Origin: Planctomycetota bacterium | GTDB lineage: Bacteria; Planctomycetota; UBA11346 | Direction of reading: 5' to 3' | Assembly: GCA_031426335.1 (NCBI GenBank) | Contig: JANPLC010000142.1 | Coordinates: forward strand, 1-62,263 | DNA: 62,263 nucleotides | Shown here: one piece after another, positions 27,825 to 37,849 of the stretch | How the letters are laid out: the number at the start of each line of letters is the position of its first letter | How positions within the stretch are numbered: the first letter of the stretch is position 1 | Notes under the pieces: generated by a model | The model's database searches: none | The model's input: the letters and a program-made list of their open reading frames with translations, nothing else | Told to the model about the DNA's origin: nothing | Translations under genes and position numbers: made by a program

Positions 27825-30800
27825 TCCTTGCTGACAAATTCATCGGTGTTCATCACGGCGCGTGCCAACGCGGTCCACACCGCGCGTTCGGCGACGTCCC
27901 CCTCACCCGGCCCAGCCAACGGTGCCGGATCGAGTTCTTTGGCCGCATAACGTGCACGCTGTTTGTTCACGAAGGTGCTCAGGCGTTTGGCTTCTGCCTC
28001 ACCAGGAGCACGCACCAAGCAGCGCCGCACCAGCGCAGTGATGCGCGCGCTGTCGTCGCCGGGCATGCCAGCGATGTTCTTGCCGAGCGCCTGCGCACAT
28101 TCGAGCACCATGGTGTCGTTGAGCATCATCAGCGCCTGCAGCGGACTGTTACTGACCTCGCGCTGGGCAACGCAGGCTTCGCCGCTAGGCGCATCGAATG
28201 CCGCCGACATGGCGTACGGCGTGGTGCGTTTCATGAAGGTGTAAAGCCCGCGGCGGTAACGATCCTCGCCCGTGGGAACCTTCCAGTCGAAGCTGCCATA
28301 GGCGCCTTCGGTGGTTACGCTGGCCGGTTGCGGCGGGAACACGCTCGGGCCACCGATTTTGTGCGACAGCAGCCCAGACGCCGTCAGCAGGGAATCGCGG
28401 ATCACCTCGGCATCGACGCGAAAGCGCGGTCCACGAGCCAGCAAGATGTTCTGCGGATCCCGTTCACGAGCCGCATCGCTGACGCGCGACGACTGGCGAT
28501 ACGTCGCGCTGGTGACGAAGAGCTTGTGCAACTGTTTCTGCGACCAGCCGCGATTCATGAACTCGACCGCCAGCCAATCGAGCAATGCTGCATGGCTGGG
28601 CACATCGCCCTGGTAACCAAAGTCGTCGACACTCTTGACGATGCCGCGGCCGAAAAACGCCGCCCAGTGACGATTGACGGTCACCCGTGCAGTGAGCGGG
28701 TTATTGCGCGCCACCAGCCATTGAGCCAGACCGAGGCGGTTCTTCGGCGCACCTGCGGGAAAAGGATTGAGCGCGCTGAACACCGTCGGCTCAACGATCT
28801 CTGCCGGCTGAAGATATTCGCCGCGGTTGTAGCGATGCGTCGGCCGCGCGTGTTCGACCGCACGTTCGCTCATAACCAGCGTGGTCGGATACGAACGCAG
28901 CGAGTTGCGCTGACCATCGATCGGCTTGCGCGCATCGGCCAACTCCGGCGCGTTATCCAACCACGCTCGACGCAGCGTCGCCTGCTGGGTCGGCGTGCGT
29001 TTCGCGGCGGGCGTCAAGACGATGGCTTCGATCTCGGGCGGCAGAGCGGTGACGGCTTCGGGCGCTGAATCAGTGGTCACCGACCAACGGAAACGACCGA
29101 GGGCAGAGGCGTAGTAACGCTCAAACAACATCGCCAGCTGGATGCGTTCGCTTGGGCCGAGCGGGCGTTCCAGCACGAACATCGCACTGTGAGCCTTGCC
29201 GGGCTTGCCGTTGGTGCTCCAGCCGGTGTCGGTCTTGCCGTCGATCGCGCCGCCAGCGCCGTTGCGGCCTTCCTTGCCACCGGCGTAGCTGTGTTCGCCG
29301 CGGACGAACTTCAACGGCTGGCCTCCCACCGTGGCGGTCAGTTCGGTGAGCAAGAAATCACCGGCCTGTCCTTCGTAGTAAACCCGCCCTGGGCCACCGC
29401 TGGGCAGGCGTTCATCCGGCAGCGCTTCGAGCCGCAGCGCAGTGACGCCAGCGAAGTCGCCGGCAAGTTCGACATCGTAAACATCGCTCTTGGTGATGTC
29501 GCCACTCGACAGCACTGAGGCGTCGTCGAGCACGCTCAGGATCGGCACGGCCGACGACACCTTCGCCGGACGGATCACGCGCCAACGCACGGTCGACGCC
29601 GAGGTTTCTTGCTCCCAGCGGGCGAAGGCTTCGTCCGCCGCCCGTTGACGGGCTTCAACGGTGTTGCGCGTGGGATCGTCATGACCGAGCGAGAGACGTA
29701 CGCGGCGCAAGGTATGTTTGCTGCCGTACTGCTGAGCGATGGTGACTTCGACGCGCATGCCGCCGCTGTGTTTGACTGGTTTGTCGATCACGGCGGTGGC
29801 GGTATGTGTGGCCTTCATGTCGCTACCAGCCACGGCCCAACCGCTCTTGGGGTCGCCGTCGATGGCGCCCTTCACGTCGTAATCCTTTTGCGAGAAATCC
29901 GCGCTGATCGCTTTCAGCTTCACTGGCGACAACTCACCACCACGCGGACCAGCGCGCATGACCAAGTCCGTGACGACGAAGTTGCCGCTCTCCGCACGTC
30001 CGACGCGCTGATCGCCGTCGGGCAACGCTTCCAACCGCAACACCGAGAACTCGCTGGCGTCGGTATCCAGCGTGATGGTGACGGTATCGGTATCGGCACC
30101 GGCACCGGTCAACCGCCATGAGCCATCGCCCTGACGTTCCGCCTGTTCGCCACCGGCACTGACGAAAGTCGACGCTGAGATCGACGCCCACACGCGGGTG
30201 TCGAGCGGATACTTCGTCGGCAATTCATCAATCAGCTTGGCGACCTTAGCCTCGACCTCGGCCTGCTTCGCCGGGAAGTCCTCGGGTTTCAGCATCAACA
30301 CCGGTTCGTCGGCGTTGTTCATCAGCGCATAAATGCCGTAGTATTCGCTGTGCGGCAACGGGTCAAACTTGTGCGTATGGCACTGCGCACACAGCGTGGT
30401 CAGTCCCAGCCAGGTCTTGCCGGTGGTGGCGACGCGATCGTTGATCGCATGAAAGCGGAACTCCAGCGGATCGATGCCGCCTTCTTCGTTGATCATGGTG
30501 TTACGATGGAAACCAGTGGCGATGCGATCCTGCTGCGTCGCGTTCGGCAGCAGATCGCCGGCGATCTGTTTGATGGTGAAGTGGTCGAACGGCAGGTCGT
30601 CGTTGAGCGCGGTGATCACCCAGTCGCGCCACGGCCACATCGAGCGCGGGCGATCTTTTTCATACCCGTTGGTGTCGGCATAGCGCGCGAGGTCGAGCCA
30701 TTTGCGCGCCCAGCGTTCGCCGTAGTGCTTCGATGCCAGCAAACGATCGACCAGCTTGGCGTATGCCTCCGGCGATTGATCGGCGAGAAACGCATCGACC

Positions 30801-31423
30801 TCCTCCGGCGTCGGCGGCAGACCGATCAGATCAAGCGACACGCGGCGGATGAGCGTGGTGCGATCGACCTCGGGCGAGGGTACGAGTTTCTCCGCCTCCA
30901 ACTTGGCGAGCACGAAACGATCGATGGCGTTCGCCGACCACGCGGCGTTCTTTACCGCCGGCAACGGCGCCTGCACCGGCGGCTGGAAAGCCCAGTGCGG
31001 TTGGTAGTCGGCACCGGCAGCAATCCAGCGTTTGAGGATGTCCTTTTCGGCATCGGTCAGCGGCTTCTTCACTTCGGGTGGCGGCATCAGATCATCTACA
31101 TCGCTGGTGAAGATGCGCTTCACCACTTCGCTCGCCGCGGTTTTTCCAGGAACGATCGCGAGCTCACCCGACTTGCCCTTGCCGATCGCCGATTCGCGCT
31201 GATCAAGCCGCAGCTTGCCCTTGCGAGCCTTGTCGTCGGGCCCGTGGCACGCGAAGCAGTGCTTTGACAGGATCGGGCGGACCTGCGTGGCGAAGTCGGG
31301 CGCCTGGTCCGCGGCAGCAAGCATGGCCACGCCGACCAACAGGGCAGACACCACGGACGACAGACGGAATGCGATGGATGAGGGCATCGTGATGGTTCCC
31401 ATGACCCTGCGGGTCGACTTCAT
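27821..31423 (-). CDS. PSCyt1 - DUF1549 - two discoidin/F5-8-type-C-like modules - DUF1553 secreted protein
   Basis: CFACHGPDDKARKGKLRLD, NAIDRFVLAKL and CAQCHTHKFDPL. Two internal ~170 aa modules each carry LRLEALPD and AIDG(D/K)xxxGW motifs. Confidence 0.85.
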
Positions 31424-31591
31424 ACCTGCGAGAGGCCGGCCTCGTTGCCCGATGCGGCCCCGGTTCGACTGCCGTATAACCCTACGGGCCGCGGACTTTC
31501 AGCAATTCTGCAAATCCGTTGGTGGATGCCCGGTGAGCATCACCTACAGGCGGAAGCGTGCGGGTGCGACCTGCCTGCGAAGGAGCACAGC

Positions 31592-32647
31592 TCAGCGCAC
31601 GCCCACCAGCCCACTGGCAGTCCAGGTGATGTTGCCTGGCGGCATGCGGTCGACGCGCTGAAGCATGATGGGGTCCGTCGGCTTCTTCCCTCCGCTGCTC
31701 TGCGCGGCAAGTTCGGCGGCGATCGCCTCCGGCGTCACGCCCAGCACGGTGTCGGCATCGGCATCCATGACGCCGGTGGGTTTCACCTGATCGGAATAAC
31801 GCGCCTTGTTCGCGATGCGCAGAGACGCGAGGGCGAACTGGCAGTTCGCCGTCCAGCTGCCCGGATTGGTGCCATCACCCAGCCCCAGACCACCACCGGC
31901 ATGCACCGGGATGATGGGGAACTTTGAATCGCCCTGCGCCACCGGTTTGCCGTTGAGCCACAGGCGCACGCTGCCGGCGTCGAACTGGACGGCGATATGC
32001 GTCCAGTTGGCGCTGCGGTCGAAGGGCGCCGTGATCGCATAGGCCGTGCTATTGGCACGCACCACATAATGGATTTCAGCGCCGACGACGCCCACGGCTT
32101 GGCCATTGCCGGAGGCACCTTCTTCGAACAGCACACCGTCGCCGGAAACCCCACCCACCACCAGCTCCGTCGTGCGCGCGGTGAACGTTTGGGTCAATGT
32201 GGGCACGCCAGCGGGCACCAGGGCGCCGCCGGCACCGAAGAGCAGCACCGCCTTGCCGGCACCTGGTTTGGTCGGCCCGGCAAGGGGATTACCCAGCAGA
32301 TCGGTGGGGTTGTCGATGTCCGCCAACACGGCGTCGAGCGTGCCGAGTTTGGTGAACCACGCGATCGCCTCGGGATGATGGCGGTCGATACGCAGCACCT
32401 CGGTCCACGCGGCATTGCCCGCGCTCGGGTCGCTGTCCTTCACCGCGCTTTTGGCGACGCGCACATAGGCCTTGAGCGCCTTGTCGTCCGCCACCTTCAC
32501 CGCCGCGTCGTAGACCTGCTTGGCCTTGGCGACCTCGGCTTCGCGCTTGGCGATCTCCTTGGCCACATCGTCGACCGTGGCACCGCGTGCCGGAGTCGTC
32601 AGCGAGAGAGTCAGGAGCGCTCCCAAGATCAGCCGATGAGGGGTCAT
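31592..32647 (-). CDS. Secreted LamG/concanavalin-A-like lectin domain protein
   Basis: Signal peptide. The C-terminal ~190 aa are WTHIAVQFDAGSVRLWLNGKPVAQGD...ASLRIANKARY, typical of Laminin_G_3. Confidence 0.7.
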   Translation of the reverse strand: MTPHRLILGALLTLSLTTPARGATVDDVAKEIAKREAEVAKAKQVYDAAVKVADDKALKAYVRVAKSAVKDSDPSAGNAAWTEVLRIDRHHPEAIAWFTKLGTLDAVLADIDNPTDLLGNPLAGPTKPGAGKAVLLFGAGGALVPAGVPTLTQTFTARTTELVVGGVSGDGVLFEEGASGNGQAVGVVGAEIHYVVRANSTAYAITAPFDRSANWTHIAVQFDAGSVRLWLNGKPVAQGDSKFPIIPVHAGGGLGLGDGTNPGSWTANCQFALASLRIANKARYSDQVKPTGVMDADADTVLGVTPEAIAAELAAQSSGGKKPTDPIMLQRVDRMPPGNITWTASGLVGVR

Positions 32648-32774
32648 GCGGCTGGCGAGGTTGGTCGCCTGGACTGGCGTGTCGACCGCTCAGTGCCTGG
32701 ATGTGGTACAGCGTGACGGACTGTGCCTGCGCGCCTGCAGTTGCACTGACCCGAAAAACCGCAGGTGAAGAGCG

Positions 32775-32905
32775 ACTTCCAACGCCAAGACGCCCAGACG
32801 CCAAGTGGAGACAAGAGCTTGAACGGGGAGCGGCGTGTTGGTGGGGCATCACTCCAGGTGATTGGCAGGTCTGATGGAAGTCCTTGGCGTCTTGGCGTTG
32901 GAAGT
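32775..32905. repeat. Intergenic word-repeat hairpin element (CGCCAAGA type)
   Basis: The left end acttccaacgccaagacgcccagacgccaag and the right end cttggcgtcttggcgttggaagt pair perfectly over the outer 20 nt. The centre is about 70 nt. Confidence 0.75.
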
Positions 32906-32924
32906 TTTGCTCAACTGCAACTTT

Positions 32925-33175
32925 TTGATTCACGTCCTGGGGCGCCAGACCAAGGGCGCCTTCCAGGACACCGAGCTGTTCGCCGCCCTGGTAACCCTGC
33001 TGGACGACAAGAGCCCGGCCCTGCGGGCCTTTCTGGGCCCCCTGCGTTCGAGCGCCTACCGACCGGACCCGGCGACCAGGAAGGCGCCGCGGCGGTGGCC
33101 GAGTGGAAGACCTGGATCGCGGGATTGGTCGGGAAAAACGGGGTCGGGAAGCATACCGGGCCGATCAAGAAGTGA
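32925..33175 (+). pseudogene. Possible frameshifted C-terminal gene remnant (HEAT-repeat-like tail)
   Basis: One frame reads LGRQTKGAFQDTELFAALVTLLDDKSPALRAFLGPL. A second frame then reads AAAVAEWKTWIAGLVGKNGVGKHTGPIKK-stop. Both parts look protein-like, while the rest of each frame looks like off-frame high-GC noise. There is no credible start codon or RBS. Confidence 0.3.
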
Positions 33176-33288
33176 CGGTCTGAACCGGAGTTAGGTACTG
33201 GTGTCGGACTCGCTGTAGCGTCCGGAGCGGGCATTCCCTGGCCAAACGCGGTAAACCGCGTAGCCTCTGCGACCCTCCTGGAGAAACC

Positions 33289-33771
33289 GTGGACGAAGCC
33301 AAACTGATCAGCCGCCAGATTGCCGAGACTCGCGTCGAGATCGCCGTCTGCACCCGCCTCAAGACCAACGGCGTGATGATGCGCCTGGGCAAGCCCGTGG
33401 GCGACCTGCTGGTGGCCTACGAAATGAAGCTGGTCGACCTGGAAAACCAGCTGCTGGCCCTGGGCAAGAAGCCCGCGCCCAAGCCCGCACCGGCTGCGGC
33501 CACCGCCCCAGCACCAACGGCCAAGCCCGCGCTGCAGGCCAAACCGAGCACGCCGATCGCCGCCAAGCCCGCCGCTCCTGCCGCGGTCAAGCCAGCGACC
33601 GTTCCGGCCCCGACCAAGGCCATCACGCCCGCGCTGACCAAGCCGGTGGCTCCTGCTCCCGCTCCGGCCAAGCCAGCGGCACCGGTGAAGGCCGTCGCCG
33701 CCAAGGCTGCCGCGCTGGAACCCAAGGCTGCGCCGGCGCGCAAAGCCGCTCCCGCCAAGGCCAAGAAGTAG
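33289..33771 (+). CDS. Small protein with an N-terminal helical domain and an Ala/Pro/Lys-rich histone-H1/AlgP-like tail
   Basis: GTG start with GGAGA 7 nt upstream. aa 1-58 are helical (LVDLENQLLALGKK), and aa 59-160 are KPAxPA-type repeats ending in AKAKK. A strong terminator follows. Confidence 0.6.
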   Translation: MDEAKLISRQIAETRVEIAVCTRLKTNGVMMRLGKPVGDLLVAYEMKLVDLENQLLALGKKPAPKPAPAAATAPAPTAKPALQAKPSTPIAAKPAAPAAVKPATVPAPTKAITPALTKPVAPAPAPAKPAAPVKAVAAKAAALEPKAAPARKAAPAKAKK

Positions 33772-33827
33772 TCCAGAAGCAGCCCACGCGCATGTCCGCA
33801 TAATCTGCGGACTTGCCCTGCTTGCAG

Positions 33828-33865
33828 CACTCCGCTGGGTCCAACCCAGCGGAGTGTTTTTGTTT
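33828..33865 (+). terminator. Rho-independent terminator
   Basis: cactccgctggg-tccaa-cccagcggagtg (12-bp perfect stem), followed by tttttgttt. Confidence 0.85.
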
Positions 33866-33965
33866 CGCGAGCCGATTCACGGCGGCAGCGGCAGCCAGTT
33901 CACCTGAACGCGGCGATGAATAGAAACGGTAGAGACGGCACCGCCATCGAGCGAAACGCAAAGGC

Positions 33966-34075
33966 CAATCGAACCGCAGAGCCGCAGAGGTGAGAGCACG
34001 GCCGCAGAGATGATTTTTTAGGCCTATCGGCTCTGCGGCCCTCTTCGTGCCTCTGCGGCTCTGCGGTTTGATCGG
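33966..34075. repeat. Intergenic word-repeat hairpin element, CCGCAGAG type (copy 3 of 3)
   Basis: Arms caatcgaaccgcagagccgcagaggtgagagcacggccgcagag and ctctgcggccctcttcgtgcctctgcggctctgcggtttgatcgg. It lies in a convergent intergenic region. Confidence 0.85.
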
Positions 34076-34112
34076 TTGTCCGGAATGACTGACGACTGAT
34101 GGAGGATCGCGC

Positions 34113-36185
34113 TCAGGCGGTGAAATCCGCGGTTTTCAGCACCATGCTCACCGACACTTCGGCATTGAGGGTTTTTTCCAGCTCGGCCGCTGCTTTGGTC
34201 CGCTGGTTGGTCCACCATTGAGCCGCATCGGTATCGATCCACCGACCAGCATCAGCACAGGCCAGCAACTCCTGGCGGAAGGCGCGTACCGACGCCGGAC
34301 GTTGGCCCGGATCCTTGCTCAGCGCATGCATGATGGCCGCTTCCAGATCGGCGGGGATCTTCTGCGAAGTCACGGCACTGGGCGCCTTTGGTGCTTCATT
34401 GATATGGGCCATGAGGATCTCCATGGCCGAGTTCCGCTCGAACAGGCATTTGCCGGTGAGCAGGAAATACCCGACGCAGGCCAATGCGTAGAGATCGCTG
34501 CGTCCATCAATGCCGGGCTTTTGCTCGATGACTTCCGGTGCCATGTACGGCGGCGTACCGCTGATGACATCCGCGCGGCTGAGCTGCGGCGCGTTGCTTT
34601 CCATGCTCTTCACCAAACCGAAATCGAGCACCTTGAGTACGTCATTTTCGCCGCCGCGATTGGTGATGAACAGATTGGCCGGTTTGATGTCGCGGTGAAT
34701 CATTTGCAGATCGTGCGCCTCAGCGAGCGAGCCGCAGGCTTGCACCAAGAAATGGATAACGCGGGCTGGCGGCAACGGGCCGTACTTTTCGATCATCACT
34801 TCCAGGTCCATGCCATCGAGCAGTTCCATGGCGTAATAAAAAGTGCCATCGGCGGTGCGTCCATAATCGTAGATGGCGATAGTGTTGGGATGCGACAAGC
34901 GGCAGCAAAGCTGGACTTCGCGTTCAAAACGTGCAAGTACGTCGTTGTTGATTTTTCCGGTAATCAGTTTGATCGCGGTCGGACGACGCATCAGCGCGTG
35001 ACGTCCGCGATAGACTGCACCCATGCCGCCTTCGCCGAGTTTGCGTTCAAGGGTGTATTGCCCGAGCTGCTGCAACTGGCCCTTGGCCTTGTCGAGTTTA
35101 TGGCTCAAACGCGCAGCATTGCCGAGCCACCACACGCCGGCGATCGCCGCGATGGCGAGCAGCGCGATGAGACCAACAAAGATCATCCGTAGAATGGCCA
35201 ACGGGCGGAAGGCCTCGGCACGATCGATCTTGGTGATCACTCCCATGCCAGTTTCGCCGAGCATCGCCCAGGCCACCACCACCGATTGTCCGCGGTAGTC
35301 GAGCCCCTCATCCAGATCTATGCCCGCCTTACCGGCGATGATGCCGGCAGCAGCGGTGGTGTAGGGCCATGCAGCGGGCGAGCCGTCGACTGGCTTGCCA
35401 GGGACCAGCAGTGCTGGCGGACGACGCAGCGCCAAGGTCATGATGGAGTGGGGATACTCCTGCGGCACCAGTCCCACTGATTTGAGGTCATCCAGGTAGC
35501 GACTGCGCGAGGCGATGAAGCCCTCCTTCGTGCATGCATAGGTTTCCCCGGTCTCACCAAAACGCGCGGATTCGAGCACGGCGCTGAACTCATCGGTCGG
35601 GTCCATGGTGAGCACCAGGAAACCCGCCACCTGCTCACCGTCACGGAGCGCCGCCGCCGACACCATCGCCGGACGTTTACTGTTGCCGTCAGGTACCCAG
35701 GCAGGCGCCAGGAGGAGTGCGCGTCCCGCCATCAGCTCGGCTATACGTGCGTGCAGGTGCTGCGGCAAGGTTGGCCAGCCGGTGGCTCGCTGACCAGCCG
35801 CGATGATGCGCCCATCCGTCCCAGCCAAGGCCCAGCCGTCGTAATGCTGCGTCCCGATCAGTCCCTCGATCAGCGTGGTTAACTGTTGGCGATGAGGTCC
35901 ATCACCACGCAAAGTCTGAAGCGCCAAAGGACGCAGCCCAGGCGCGTTGGCCAACACCAGAGTGGTGGCGCGTTGGCGATCGAGAAATCGCACACTGGCG
36001 GTCTGTGCCATCTGGAGCGTGCTGGTCAGCGTCGCGCTGACTTGCCGCCGCACCTCGCCAGAGATGGCGTTCAGCGTCAGCCAGGCGACGAGCGCCAGCG
36101 CCGCGAGCACGCCAAAGAGGATGAGCCACGTCCGCGAACGGTTGTTGCGCGTGAAGGTAGAGCCGGACGGGACGGTGATGGCCAT
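34113..36185 (-). CDS. Receptor-topology Ser/Thr protein kinase: TM - periplasmic Cache-like sensor - TM - C-terminal Hanks kinase
   Basis: Kinase motifs GEGGMGAVYRG, AIK, HRDIKPANL, DFG and PPYMAPE lie in the C-terminal half. The N-terminal half has two TM helices flanking ~300 aa that include ARFGETGETYACTKEGF, a Cache-type motif. Confidence 0.85.
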   Translation of the reverse strand: MAITVPSGSTFTRNNRSRTWLILFGVLAALALVAWLTLNAISGEVRRQVSATLTSTLQMAQTASVRFLDRQRATTLVLANAPGLRPLALQTLRGDGPHRQQLTTLIEGLIGTQHYDGWALAGTDGRIIAAGQRATGWPTLPQHLHARIAELMAGRALLLAPAWVPDGNSKRPAMVSAAALRDGEQVAGFLVLTMDPTDEFSAVLESARFGETGETYACTKEGFIASRSRYLDDLKSVGLVPQEYPHSIMTLALRRPPALLVPGKPVDGSPAAWPYTTAAAGIIAGKAGIDLDEGLDYRGQSVVVAWAMLGETGMGVITKIDRAEAFRPLAILRMIFVGLIALLAIAAIAGVWWLGNAARLSHKLDKAKGQLQQLGQYTLERKLGEGGMGAVYRGRHALMRRPTAIKLITGKINNDVLARFEREVQLCCRLSHPNTIAIYDYGRTADGTFYYAMELLDGMDLEVMIEKYGPLPPARVIHFLVQACGSLAEAHDLQMIHRDIKPANLFITNRGGENDVLKVLDFGLVKSMESNAPQLSRADVISGTPPYMAPEVIEQKPGIDGRSDLYALACVGYFLLTGKCLFERNSAMEILMAHINEAPKAPSAVTSQKIPADLEAAIMHALSKDPGQRPASVRAFRQELLACADAGRWIDTDAAQWWTNQRTKAAAELEKTLNAEVSVSMVLKTADFTA

Positions 36186-36218
36186 GGCGGAGAACCTTGG
36201 CCGGCCACCGATTCGAGT

Positions 36219-36378
36219 CTAGCAGGGTGCTGAAAAGCACCCTGCGTGGGGGTAACACGGGGGGCGTCTGCCCCTGGACAAAGAGCCACTGCGGATTTTC
36301 CCGTAGGAAATTGCGACCGCCGGTCGCCCCCGGGAAAGTTCGCAGCTAGCAGGCTGCGTTTTTCAGCAGCCTGCTAGC
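36219..36378. repeat. Pair of related hairpins in inverted orientation flanking about 100 bp (MITE-like, or back-to-back terminators)
   Basis: Left: ctagcagggtgctgaaaagcaccctgc (36219-36245). Right: gctagcaggctgcgtttttcagcagcctgctagc (36345-36378), whose reverse complement begins gctagcaggctgctgaaaaac. The two share ctagcaggStgctgaaaa in inverted orientation. Confidence 0.5.
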
Positions 36379-36717
36379 CGCTTGGCACGAAAAACGGACG
36401 TGGCTATAACACCAGAACCATTGGAATGAACCGGAAGAGCGCGACTGGCCAGTGATGAACGCGGCACGACCGGCGGTGCAGCTCTGCTGGCCGTACCAGT
36501 CAGTGAACAGCGCGCCTTCTTTGGCGATGCGGTCGATGTTCGGCGTCTTGTACCCCATCATGCCGTGGTTGTAGGCGCTGATGTTGAAGCCGCCGATGTC
36601 GTCACCCCAGATGATCAGGATGTTGGGCTTTTTCGCCGGCGCGTCGCCGGCGTGCAGCGCAGGGCTGACTGCGCCAAACGCGACGAGCGCGATGGCAAGG
36701 TGTTGGAGGAGATTCAT
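36346..36717 (-). pseudogene. Truncated arylsulfatase (N-terminal ~93 aa only)
   Basis: Signal peptide plus [61 protein letters not shown], including the formylglycine motif C-T-A-G-R. Homology stops near nt 36440. The reading frame then continues into AT-richer non-homologous sequence and ends in the right hairpin. Full-length sulfatases are about 450-550 aa. Confidence 0.7.
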
Positions 36718-36739
36718 GGAATCCTTTCGTCGTGATGAT

Positions 36740-37849
36740 TTACGGTGTGGCAAAGCTGGGTGGGATTGGGGAGGTCTCAGGTTTAGCTAGACGAGACAGC
36801 AATGCCGCGCGGCCGCCGGTGGCCTCACAACAATCCGCTTTGGCGCCGGGGAGGGCGCCAGGGATCTGCGAGGTTTTCAGCGGTGGATAGATCGCCTTCC
36901 AATCGCGTTTCATGTCGGCGATGGTCCAACCTTTTGTGAAGGCTTCATCAAGGCCCTTGTCCAACTGGCCGATGTGGGAGGTTCGATCATAGGCCCATTC
37001 GCGCTCTGCATCGGTGTGATGGACGTAAAGACAGAAACGGGGGCCTGGGCCAGCGGCGGTCCATTGCAGCATTTGCAGATCACCGTCGGAATTGCCGAAC
37101 GCGGCAATGGGGCGACGGCCGATGTGCTGTTGGATGCCGATGGGTTTGCCGGTCTTGTCGTCAATAAAGTTGATCTCGGGTAAACGTACGAGCACCGGGC
37201 CGTCAGCGCGCATCTCGAATTTGGTTTTGATGCTGCTGCCGATCACCTGTTCCGGCGGGATGCCGTAGACGTGTTCCGTCCACGGGCGCATGAACTCGAT
37301 GCCGCCGCCAGAGACGATGTAGGTTTTGAAGCCGTTCGCGCGCAGGTAGGCGAGCACTTCCAACATCGGCTGATAAACCATTTCGGTGAATAACCGCTTG
37401 GTCTGCGGATGCCGCGCGGTGGTGATCCATTCGCTGACGATTGCGGTGAACTCCTCACTGGTCATGCCTGCGTGCGTGGCCATCGCCATTTCGACGATCC
37501 CACGTTCGCCGCCAGCTAACGCCGCTTTCACATCGCCTTTGAGCACCGAAGCGAACGGCTCTTTCGTGGTCCACTCCGGATGTTGCGGCGCCAGCGTTTT
37601 GATCCGATCGAAGATGAAGAACGCCTGGAAGTACATCGGCTGTTCCGCCCACAGGCAGCCATCGTTATCGAAGGTGGCGATGCGTTCGGCCGGTGGCACG
37701 AAGGTCGGCGCGCCGTCGGTCGTCACCTGCGTGACGAAGGTGATGATGGATTGTTTGGTCGCGCCCTCATTCCACGACGGCAATGGATCCGCGGCCGGGA
37801 GCCAGGCGACGGTGATCAAGACGAGCGCGATGACGAATGCGCGGTTCAT
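36740..37849 (-). CDS. Secreted HAD-IB (SerB-like) family hydrolase
   Basis: Signal peptide [20 protein letters not shown] motif I FDNDGCLW, motif III/IV region [11 protein letters not shown] and [11 protein letters not shown]. The ATG at 37849 overlaps the upstream stop (ATGA). Confidence 0.7.
   Translation of the reverse strand: MNRAFVIALVLITVAWLPAADPLPSWNEGATKQSIITFVTQVTTDGAPTFVPPAERIATFDNDGCLWAEQPMYFQAFFIFDRIKTLAPQHPEWTTKEPFASVLKGDVKAALAGGERGIVEMAMATHAGMTSEEFTAIVSEWITTARHPQTKRLFTEMVYQPMLEVLAYLRANGFKTYIVSGGGIEFMRPWTEHVYGIPPEQVIGSSIKTKFEMRADGPVLVRLPEINFIDDKTGKPIGIQQHIGRRPIAAFGNSDGDLQMLQWTAAGPGPRFCLYVHHTDAEREWAYDRTSHIGQLDKGLDEAFTKGWTIADMKRDWKAIYPPLKTSQIPGALPGAKADCCEATGGRAALLSRLAKPETSPIPPSFATP

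Noticed and set aside
36374-36390. A TGGCAC hexamer (cttggcacgaaaaacgg) suggesting a sigma-54 -24 box. A similar hexamer, TGGCACagcacCTGG, lies at ~42084-42100.
   Set aside because: There is no GC dinucleotide at the -12 position in either case. The first one also points into the antisense of a pseudogene.
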